From NCBI GenBank assembly GCA_963815095.1, contig CAWFFH010000003.1, forward strand, positions 416,001 through 480,000: a stretch of DNA of 64,000 nucleotides, written 5' to 3'. Source of the DNA: Candidatus Bathyarchaeota archaeon. GTDB taxonomy: Archaea; Thermoproteota; Bathyarchaeia; Bathyarchaeales; Bathycorpusculaceae. The notes beneath the pieces are model-generated. The model ran no database searches and was not told the DNA's origin. It was given only the letters and a program-made list of their open reading frames with translations. The position numbers and the translations under genes are program-made. Shown one piece after another: positions 40,972 through 49,161 of this stretch. Positions within the stretch are counted from its first letter, which is position 1. Each line of letters starts with the position of its first letter.

Positions 40972-42366
40972 GTGATGAATGCAACCAAAACAAAAGTAGC
41001 CCTGATAACTCCACCAGTTTTAGAAAAGGTTGCGCATCACCCACTTTTTCCGCCGCTCGGCTTAGCTTACATGGCGGCGGTTCTGGAGCAGAATGGTTTT
41101 GAAGTAAAAATCATTGATTCACCTGTCTTAGATTTTGACCACCAGAAAATCAAAGCGGAACTCGAAGCTTACCAGCCATCTATGGTTGGGATTGGCTCTA
41201 TGACTCCAACTATTGAGTCAGCGCTGAAATGTGCAAAGATAGCAAAAGAAGTTGACCCAGACGCCCAAGTCATAATGGGTGGACCACACGCTACTTTTGC
41301 AGACACAGAAATTTTAACCAACGAGAAAGCTGTCGATGTCATAGTTCGGGGTGAAGGAGAAGAGACAATCGTTGAATTAGCCAAACAAACATCCCTAAAT
41401 GACACAAAAGGGATAAGCTTTCGCAAAAACAACCAAATAATCAAAACAGGCACCCGGCAATTCATCCAAAACCTCGATAATCTACCAAGACCAGCGTACA
41501 AGTATCTTCCAATGAAAAAATACAACATCACAGGACGCAACCTTCTTCCAATCATCAGCAGCAGAGGCTGCCCCTTCCAATGTCCCTTCTGCGTTGCCAC
41601 ACAAATGTTTGGGGCACAGTTCAGAGCCCGAAGCCCAAAAAACGTTCTGGATGAACTAGAATGGCTTAGAGATGAGTATGGTGCGGAAGGCATAGCGTTC
41701 CAAGATGACACATTAACTTTCGATAAAAAACGTACAGTTGACATATGCGACGGCATAATTGAAAGAAAAATCAATTTACCTTGGGGCTGCGGAACCCGCG
41801 CAGACGTAGTTACTAAAGAAGTCTTAGCCAAAATGAGTAAAGCACACTGCAACGAAACTATGTTTGGTGTAGAGGCGGGTTGCCAACGAATGCGTGACGT
41901 ACTCAAAAAGAGGGTTTCAACTGAACAAATTGAGAACGCAATTAAATGGACAAAAGAAGCAGGAATATTTGTGACCGTATCAGTCATTTTGGGTTATCCT
42001 GGCGAAACAAAAGAAACCCTGCAAGAAACACTCGATTTTGTTCGCAAAGTCGAACCCGATGATGTCTGGCTATGCCATGCAACACCATATCCGGGAACTT
42101 GCTTGCGAGAGATTGTTGAGAAGAACGGATGGAAGATGTCGGATAAATGGGAACTCTACAACACTATGAACCCCATCTTTGAGGATCCAGCCTTGCCAGC
42201 TAAAGAAATCGCTGAAATGCGCAAGTGCTTCTACAACAAATTCTACTCCCCAAAGTATATCATGCGGCAAGCAGTGAAAGGATACCTGAAAGGGAATTTG
42301 TATAGCAAAATAATGACCCGAACCGCAGCAAACTATATGCTTTGGCGAGCAAAAACTCGAATTTAA
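40972..42366 (+). CDS. Cobalamin-binding radical SAM protein (paralog 5)
   Basis: PPLGLAYMAAVL, GGPH, SRGCPFQCPFC, DDT, GVEAG, PYPGT. Confidence 0.92.
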   Translation: MMNATKTKVALITPPVLEKVAHHPLFPPLGLAYMAAVLEQNGFEVKIIDSPVLDFDHQKIKAELEAYQPSMVGIGSMTPTIESALKCAKIAKEVDPDAQVIMGGPHATFADTEILTNEKAVDVIVRGEGEETIVELAKQTSLNDTKGISFRKNNQIIKTGTRQFIQNLDNLPRPAYKYLPMKKYNITGRNLLPIISSRGCPFQCPFCVATQMFGAQFRARSPKNVLDELEWLRDEYGAEGIAFQDDTLTFDKKRTVDICDGIIERKINLPWGCGTRADVVTKEVLAKMSKAHCNETMFGVEAGCQRMRDVLKKRVSTEQIENAIKWTKEAGIFVTVSVILGYPGETKETLQETLDFVRKVEPDDVWLCHATPYPGTCLREIVEKNGWKMSDKWELYNTMNPIFEDPALPAKEIAEMRKCFYNKFYSPKYIMRQAVKGYLKGNLYSKIMTRTAANYMLWRAKTRI

Positions 42367-42579
42367 CTTGTAAACCAAAAAAAGATATTTCTATTTTTTA
42401 AAGGTTTGCTGAGGCTCTGGCGCATTCTTTTTAGGAGAAAAGAAATGCAAATGCTAATTTCGATTGCAATAGGGATAGCACTTGTTAATTTAGCTAAAGC
42501 CTTCTCAGCCCTTATTTTTTCTCTATCAATATTTAGACTAAAAAAGGGGAAGAGATTGATTGACAGGATGTCAAAACCT

Positions 42580-45273
42580 CTATGCACGCTTCCTAACCAT
42601 CAAGATTAGGATTGCACCGATTACGACTATTGCGACAATTATTGCTCCTGACAGAGGCACGAAGTACTGTTCAGTCATCGTTATGGGCACGGTTGGAGCT
42701 GGAGTAGAGGTTGCTGGAGCGTCTAAAACGTTAAAGACCGTCTCTTGGTAGGATGGCCAATATCCGTTAGTGCCTCCGAAAGCTGCGATCACTTGATATG
42801 TACCGGGTATATCTGGTTTCCAGACTAAGTTGAAGTTGCCTTTTGAATCGGTTGTTGCAGTGCCTATGTTTCTGTAGTTACCGTTTGCATCGACCACACT
42901 GATTCCGACATCAACACCTTTGAAGTTGCTTGGCAATGGTTGTTGTTGGTAAACGTAGCTCATCCAGTCGTTCATGCTTGCATCAGATGATAAGGGTATG
43001 CCGTTGGGGAATCTTGCTGCTTGTTCAGTCTTTATTGCGCCTGCGGAGATATCTGTTACTGCACCTTCGATAACTACGTTACCGCCCATTGTTGAGCATT
43101 TGGGTCCTGCTTGCACTGTTAAAGTACTAGGTCCTCTGCCTAGGGTGTAAATTTGGTGGTCGTAGCTGTTAAAGAAGTTGGTGTAACCATCTGCGATTGC
43201 GAGGCTTGGTCCACTGAATTCACCTGTTGCTGAGGGTATAGTCCAGATTTCTGTTCCATCTGTTGCGTTGATTGCGCGGTTTAATGCTCCTTTGTATATG
43301 GGTGTTTCGAATGTGTGTTCTGACGTTATAGTGTATACTACTCCGTTACCTATGGCGTTGATGAAAGTTGGATACGGTCCTGGAACTTGGAAGCCGCTGT
43401 TTGTGTTGTTGCCAAGGGTGTTTCCGTTTCCGTATGTCCACAGTACATTTCCGGTTGCCATGTCGTAGCAGTAGAGTACGCCTGAGTATGCAGCACTGTA
43501 GCATCGACCGTAGGCGATGACGTTAGATAGTGAGCCGGGTCCGTTGCTGCCGTAATAGTCTAGTGCCGGTTGAGGATCTGATATCTTGATAAGTGCACCG
43601 GTATGCAGGTTGAAGAATACGAATTGCTGAGTCTGTCTATAGGATTCACAGAAGTAACCTGAGGGGTCGAGCCCAGCGTATGAGACTGTGGTGATGTTGC
43701 CTGCTGGCCAGTTGACGTTGTTCCTCCATAGCACTTGACCTATTGGGCCTTTTGAAGCGTTGAGGTTAACAGCGAAGTAGGTGTAATAAGTGGGTGTAGA
43801 CGCGGCATAGCCTAGTGATGGGGTTGAGCCGTTTCTGCAGAGTAGAAGGTCACCATAAACTGCGCCTAGTACCGTTGGTGCAGGGCTCATTGTGTTTCGC
43901 CATGATATTGATTGGTTCTGAGTCGTTGGGTTTAGCCAGTCATACATCAAAGCTCTGCTTGCAGGAATATTGGTTACCGAAGTTGTTACCGGTGTGAGTA
44001 CGGTTGTTGCTATTCCGTTGACATATTGTATTGATGACACGTTTGTTGTTGTGGTTGTGGTAACAGTCTGGAGAGTAAGTGCCCCCATAACTGCTTGACT
44101 CCAAAATCTGCTTGAATTCCAAGAACTCAAGTAGTAGTCAGGGTTTGAGGTAGTGCCGTTGTTGTAGAGAACGTATCTTATCTGCTCACCGCTAGGTCCG
44201 ATTACGGTTGTTCCTGTGGGAACTTGGGTGACGTTGAATACACTGTTACCAGTATATGCATCAAAAACGTTTGCAAAGTTGCTTGTACAAAGGAATGCTG
44301 GTCGAGTTCCGTGGTAGTCGGGGGTATCCATGTCCTGTATGTAACCAAACGACATTGCTGGAAGGTCAGTTCGGCTCCAAATTGTTTCGCCTGTAACTAA
44401 GTCAACACATACTAATGGTCCGGCTGTGCCAGTAGCGGATAAAGGTTCTTTGTAGTAGATTCTTCCGTCAAGAATTATAGGGTTTACGTATCTTTGAGAG
44501 TAGGCGGTACCTTCAAACCATGTATCTCCGGGATCTGTTGAGAGCAGACCACCGACAACTCCTCCAATTTGACCCTCTGGCTTAGTCCACATAATGTGCG
44601 CCGTTTGAGAACCAACTGCGTCTGGTGCAAATTGTCGTTGATTTGGTCCGTTGGAGCCACCATATCCAGGCATTCCGGTTCCTAACCAGTTTGAACTAAT
44701 CGACCACCACATACTGTTTTCGCCGAAGATGGGTCGAGTCCAGAATTCGGTCGGAAGTGGAGATGCGGGTAGACCTACGATTTGTTCTTGTTGAACCGTT
44801 AGGGTTGTTGTTGCAGTGCTGGGTAAGAAGGTGTCATTGATGTATGCAGAGGTAGGTGAGTGTGAGTAGTCATTGACTTTTTGTCCGGGGAAGCTGAATG
44901 TCAGGTTATAGGTGCCAATTTGGTCTGGCGTGAAGTAGAAGATTTGGTTTGAGGTGGTGTCCACAACTGTTTCGACTATTTGTGTAGATTCGGTGCCGTC
45001 GGGGGCTGTGATGACAAGTTGGTAATTGTGGAATCTGTAGTCGTTTGATATTAGTTCATCAGGATAAGTTGGGGTGAGGAATGTGTATACTGGTTCTCGC
45101 TGTCCAACGCCAATTGGGTTGATTGTAGCATAAATGTGTGCAAATACTGGTATGTCAGTCCAAGGGGGTGTATGCGCTGTAGTACTCGGTAAAAGTAACG
45201 TAGAAGCTCCGATTGAAACAATTAGCAATATCGAAATCGATATTGCTATAGTTCTAGAATTATGTTTTAGCAT
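42580..45273 (-). CDS. Large secreted, C-terminally anchored PQQ-like beta-propeller protein (paralog C)
   Basis: Same conserved blocks as paralogs A and B (PLPTEFWTRPIFGEN, HIMWTK, FEGTAYSQRY, EHTFETPIYKG); AAGGAG SD; VRKRA tail. Confidence 0.8.
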   Translation of the reverse strand: MLKHNSRTIAISISILLIVSIGASTLLLPSTTAHTPPWTDIPVFAHIYATINPIGVGQREPVYTFLTPTYPDELISNDYRFHNYQLVITAPDGTESTQIVETVVDTTSNQIFYFTPDQIGTYNLTFSFPGQKVNDYSHSPTSAYINDTFLPSTATTTLTVQQEQIVGLPASPLPTEFWTRPIFGENSMWWSISSNWLGTGMPGYGGSNGPNQRQFAPDAVGSQTAHIMWTKPEGQIGGVVGGLLSTDPGDTWFEGTAYSQRYVNPIILDGRIYYKEPLSATGTAGPLVCVDLVTGETIWSRTDLPAMSFGYIQDMDTPDYHGTRPAFLCTSNFANVFDAYTGNSVFNVTQVPTGTTVIGPSGEQIRYVLYNNGTTSNPDYYLSSWNSSRFWSQAVMGALTLQTVTTTTTTNVSSIQYVNGIATTVLTPVTTSVTNIPASRALMYDWLNPTTQNQSISWRNTMSPAPTVLGAVYGDLLLCRNGSTPSLGYAASTPTYYTYFAVNLNASKGPIGQVLWRNNVNWPAGNITTVSYAGLDPSGYFCESYRQTQQFVFFNLHTGALIKISDPQPALDYYGSNGPGSLSNVIAYGRCYSAAYSGVLYCYDMATGNVLWTYGNGNTLGNNTNSGFQVPGPYPTFINAIGNGVVYTITSEHTFETPIYKGALNRAINATDGTEIWTIPSATGEFSGPSLAIADGYTNFFNSYDHQIYTLGRGPSTLTVQAGPKCSTMGGNVVIEGAVTDISAGAIKTEQAARFPNGIPLSSDASMNDWMSYVYQQQPLPSNFKGVDVGISVVDANGNYRNIGTATTDSKGNFNLVWKPDIPGTYQVIAAFGGTNGYWPSYQETVFNVLDAPATSTPAPTVPITMTEQYFVPLSGAIIVAIVVIGAILILMVRKRA

Positions 45274-45532
45274 TTTTCTTTCTCCTTAAGTTACTGTCTA
45301 TCTCAGATTAGACCTTATAAGAAGGATTGGAAAGTGGCCACTGACTACAGAAACAGCGAAAAAATAAATTAATGTCCTTCTTTACAGGATTTTTGGGAAA
45401 TTTTCTAATCCGTTTGTACCCAAATAATTAAGGAGTAGCAGCTATAAAATGACGGATATTTTTTTGTGCTATTACGGAAACTTTATTACATTATCGAGCG
45501 GTTTTTAAAACAACATCAAGAGGAAACTTTAG

Positions 45533-46816
45533 ATGACAAAAACCTCTGAAGCTTACGGTACTCGAGAAAACTGGCCACCCTACACCTACAGGGATTACCC
45601 AGGCATACAACCTGAAGCATACGAATCTTTCATGAAATTCCTGGACACCGAAAACACTTCAGGCCGCTTAATGGAATTGCAACCGTGGGTTTCGGTTTGC
45701 GATAGCAGATGCGCATTTTGCTATTTCCCGACCACTGCATCGAGCAAAGTTCAGATTGGACCCTACCTTGATTTACTTAAAAAAGAACTCGGCATGTACG
45801 CTAAAACCAAGTACGTGAAGACAAGTGTGTTTGATGAGATAGTTCTGGGTGGTGGAACCCCTAGCGTTTTAAGTGCAGAGCAGATTATTGATTTAATCGA
45901 TTTCTGCAAAGCGAACTTTAACACTAGCAAAGAATACTTCATCAAAGTCACGGGTTCTTCAAAGACATTGGCGCTTCCAAAAATTGATAAACTGGCGGAA
46001 TATGGTGTTTACCAAATGGACATGGGTGCACAAACTTTTGATGATAAACTACGCAAAGCACTATGCCTGCCTGATAGCGCTGCCGATGTCGAGAGAGCTA
46101 TAAAGCATGCAAGAAAACTTGGGTTAGTAGTCTGCGTTGACCTCATGTACAACTTGCCAGGGCAAACCATGGAAAGTTGGGTAGACACACTTAAGAAAAC
46201 AATCGAGTTGGACGCAGAAGTTGACGCTTACTCTTTACATGTGGACCCTGGAACAATCCTTGAAAAAATGATTAAGAGCGATCAATCTCCACCGCAAGGC
46301 GACGCGGAATACGAGAAACAAATGTTCCTTACCGGCCACAAAATGCTCACAGAAGCAGGCTACAAAGCAGTTGGACACGACCGCTACAGTCGAGTTGAGT
46401 GGCACATGCGTGAAAACTGTCTCAACGGTTGGCCTTGGGGAGGCATACTTACCACAGGAGCAGGATGCTTTATGGGTTACCTCCAAAAGTTCTCCTACTC
46501 CAACATTGAAAACATCAACAATTACATGGAGACCGTAAAATCTGGAAAACTACCCATCAGTCGACTCTCAGAATCAACAAACGAAGACATGATGCGACGA
46601 ACAATGACACGACTATACTTGCGACTGCCTGTCAATAAAAAAGAGTTCATGGAAAAATTCTGCACTACCCCAGAAAAAGTGTTCCCAAATCAACTGCAAA
46701 AACTAAAAGAAAAAGGCTTAATTGAAATTGACGAAAAAGAAGTCCGCCTCACCAAGCTCGGCGAAGTGTGGAAAGGTAACATTGCGTGGGAATTTGCACC
46801 TAACCATGCAAAATAA
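45533..46816 (+). CDS. HemN-like radical SAM protein (HemN/HemW/class C methyltransferase clade)
   Basis: CDSRCAFC, LGGGTPS, GAQTF, DLMYNLPGQT, G.GA-like TGAG, C-terminal RLT..G (HemN_C). Confidence 0.85.
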   Translation: MTKTSEAYGTRENWPPYTYRDYPGIQPEAYESFMKFLDTENTSGRLMELQPWVSVCDSRCAFCYFPTTASSKVQIGPYLDLLKKELGMYAKTKYVKTSVFDEIVLGGGTPSVLSAEQIIDLIDFCKANFNTSKEYFIKVTGSSKTLALPKIDKLAEYGVYQMDMGAQTFDDKLRKALCLPDSAADVERAIKHARKLGLVVCVDLMYNLPGQTMESWVDTLKKTIELDAEVDAYSLHVDPGTILEKMIKSDQSPPQGDAEYEKQMFLTGHKMLTEAGYKAVGHDRYSRVEWHMRENCLNGWPWGGILTTGAGCFMGYLQKFSYSNIENINNYMETVKSGKLPISRLSESTNEDMMRRTMTRLYLRLPVNKKEFMEKFCTTPEKVFPNQLQKLKEKGLIEIDEKEVRLTKLGEVWKGNIAWEFAPNHAK

Positions 46817-46920
46817 TTCCTTATTTTAAATATCTTCTCTTTTAGTTTGCAAAGATAAATCTGCTTAGAATATACTTTTTTGACTTAAAAAACAAAAAAG
46901 AAAGAGAAGATGGGAATTTT

Positions 46921-47577
46921 TTAGTGCCTCTGTGGCTGAAGACCATACCAGGTCATTACTTTGGCCAATATAGGCACAATTACACCTAAGGCAATACCCG
47001 GCACGAACGCAATGATGAAGGCATTTACAGGGTCTGCTGCCCAGCTTCCTACCGCCATATCGCGTGATGGTTTTAGTGAGATGGTATAGTTCATGTATGC
47101 TTGGATGATTGCAACTATTATTGAAGCGGTTAAGCCTGCGCCTAGCATGCGTTTGAAGTTTGTTGAACCGTTGGTTAGTGATCCAGCGATGTAACCGATT
47201 ATGATAGCGTTGACCATAAAGAAGAGTATGCTTATGTCACCGTAAAAGTTGTATGCTGGAGATGAACCCGCGTAGTATCCAGTGTAGAGTCCTGCTGTAG
47301 CAACGTAGTACATGCCGCCCATAATGAAGCCTGCTGCGCCACCTGCCCATTTATTCCAAAGTAAGCCAAGCACTAATGGAATGCCGAGTACAATCATTTG
47401 AGCAAAGCCTTGTGTTAGAATGACACCGATAGTACCAGCTAAGCCAGACACGCCAAGTACGGCGTGAGATCCGCTTGGGTTTACATAGATTGCGAGAACG
47501 TAGATAAGGAGCACTAGAATCAGTGGTATGACTATGCCGAAGAGTATGTCTGCAAGTTTAAATTTTGGTGTTTCCAA
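46921..47577 (-). CDS. Integral membrane protein, possibly ECF S-component-like
   Basis: 218 aa, about 6 TM helices, Gly/Ala-rich LGLLWNKWAGGAAGFIMG segment resembling S-component helices. Confidence 0.45.
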   Translation of the reverse strand: METPKFKLADILFGIVIPLILVLLIYVLAIYVNPSGSHAVLGVSGLAGTIGVILTQGFAQMIVLGIPLVLGLLWNKWAGGAAGFIMGGMYYVATAGLYTGYYAGSSPAYNFYGDISILFFMVNAIIIGYIAGSLTNGSTNFKRMLGAGLTASIIVAIIQAYMNYTISLKPSRDMAVGSWAADPVNAFIIAFVPGIALGVIVPILAKVMTWYGLQPQRH

Positions 47578-47866
47578 TTTTTATCCCTTTTAATTATTTT
47601 ACATTGCGGCGTGAATATAAGCTTAATGCTTGCAAGAGTGGCATAAAATTGTTTTAGCCACTTTAAACTAACATTACAAGTACTTGGATAAGAAAAAACA
47701 CACAAATCAAGCTCAGCTAAGCCAACAGTTGCCTCTTTCAGAATAATTACTTTTAAAAAATGACTGATTTCAAAGATTAATTTACTTCTAAAAAATGAAA
47801 AAATAAAAAAACAAAGGCACATGGATAAACCATGTGTTAATCGGGTTTATTTTTTAGGCTTTTAGA

Positions 47867-49156
47867 TTAATGGCGTGATGCACATATGATGCCTGATAGT
47901 GGCAGTCTTGAGGGACAGACATAGGAGCATGTTCCACATGCTATGCAGTCTTTAACCCATAGTTTCTCAGCTTTCTCAAAGTCGCCTTTCATTATTGCGT
48001 TGTATAGCATTACGGGGTGCAGTCGTACTGGACATGATGCAATGCAGTTTGAACAGTGGATGCATGCAGTTTGCTTTGGTTCTTTCTTGTGCTTGCTTTT
48101 TGCGAATACGATGATGCTTGAAGTGCGTTTAGTTATTGGAGCATCGGTTGTTGGGATAGAGTTACCCATCATTACTCCGCCGACTACTACTTGTTTGAGG
48201 TCGTTTTTGTCCACATTGTTTGCGCCGATGATATCGCTTATTGGAGTGCCTATTTTGACAAGCAAGTTTTTGGGTTCTTTGACATCGCCATTAATAGTTG
48301 TGACTCTGGAGATTAATGGTTCACCTTCGAAAACTGCATTAGCGATTGCGTTTAAGGTTGCAACGTTTTGCACTATAGTTCCCATTTCGTATGAGCGTTT
48401 GCCTGGAGGTGTTTCATAACCTAAAATTGCTTTTTGAAGAACGCTCGCGTCTCCTTGCTGGTAAGTTAAGTGTTTCGCGACAACTTCTGTGTCTGGTTCT
48501 TTGCTGAAAGCTTCTTGGAGTTTAGGAATGGCTTCTACTTTGCTAACTTTGGTGGCAACGATGACTTTTGGGTTTCCCAAGAGTTTACGTACAACACGGA
48601 CACCTCGTACAAGGTTCGCAGTTTTCTCAATCATCAGTCTTTCGTCTGCGGTATCGTATGGTTCACCTTCGGCAGCGTTTACAATGAGGGTTTTAATGGG
48701 TTTGTCCTGGGGCACAGCAAGCTTTACGCTTGTTGGGAAGCCTGCACCGCCTAAGCCGATAATGCCTGCTTCACGGATGCGTTTAAGCAGCACGTCGTTG
48801 GGTGTTTTTGCGAGGTCAGCTTCTGCAATGGGTGTTAGGGTTTTGTCTTTGGTTTTTTTGTTGTCGTTTTCAATCCAGATGGCTTCAGAGCATTCTGAGT
48901 AGCAACTGTTGTATACGTCGGCGATTTTTGTGACTTTCCCAGAGATTGGGCTGTGGACAGGTGCGCTGATGCGTTCTTTTGAGTCTGCAATTTTCTGACC
49001 CATTGCTACGACGTCACCAACAGCAACAATGGGTTTGTTGTTTGCCCCGGGTTGCTGGTTGGTTAAGACTATGGCGATTTTTGGGTCAGGAAAGACTTCG
49101 ATGGGTGTTATTCTTGCTTTCTCTTTGTGTTCTTTTATATTTACAAGGTTTGCCAT
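47867..49156 (-). CDS. rnfC: RnfC/PduS-family flavo-iron-sulfur protein
   Basis: GD.V..GQKIA, PVHSPISG, AGIIGLGGAGFPT, NAAEGEPY, NVAT, SLBB region, CIHCSNCIASCP and CIACGTCSYVCP. Confidence 0.88.
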   Translation of the reverse strand: MANLVNIKEHKEKARITPIEVFPDPKIAIVLTNQQPGANNKPIVAVGDVVAMGQKIADSKERISAPVHSPISGKVTKIADVYNSCYSECSEAIWIENDNKKTKDKTLTPIAEADLAKTPNDVLLKRIREAGIIGLGGAGFPTSVKLAVPQDKPIKTLIVNAAEGEPYDTADERLMIEKTANLVRGVRVVRKLLGNPKVIVATKVSKVEAIPKLQEAFSKEPDTEVVAKHLTYQQGDASVLQKAILGYETPPGKRSYEMGTIVQNVATLNAIANAVFEGEPLISRVTTINGDVKEPKNLLVKIGTPISDIIGANNVDKNDLKQVVVGGVMMGNSIPTTDAPITKRTSSIIVFAKSKHKKEPKQTACIHCSNCIASCPVRLHPVMLYNAIMKGDFEKAEKLWVKDCIACGTCSYVCPSRLPLSGIICASRH

Positions 49157-49161
49157 TTTGT

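Noticed and set aside
41169-41987. 272-aa antisense ORF, and similar shadow ORFs such as 8658..9215, 28242..28760 and 47943..48419
   Set aside because: They lie opposite well-supported genes and show no recognisable motifs
20267-45273. Calling the propellers PQQ-dependent dehydrogenases with PqqE-type cofactor synthesis
   Set aside because: Only generic blade repeats are visible; no pqqA/B/C/D genes and no recognisable quinoprotein active-site motifs
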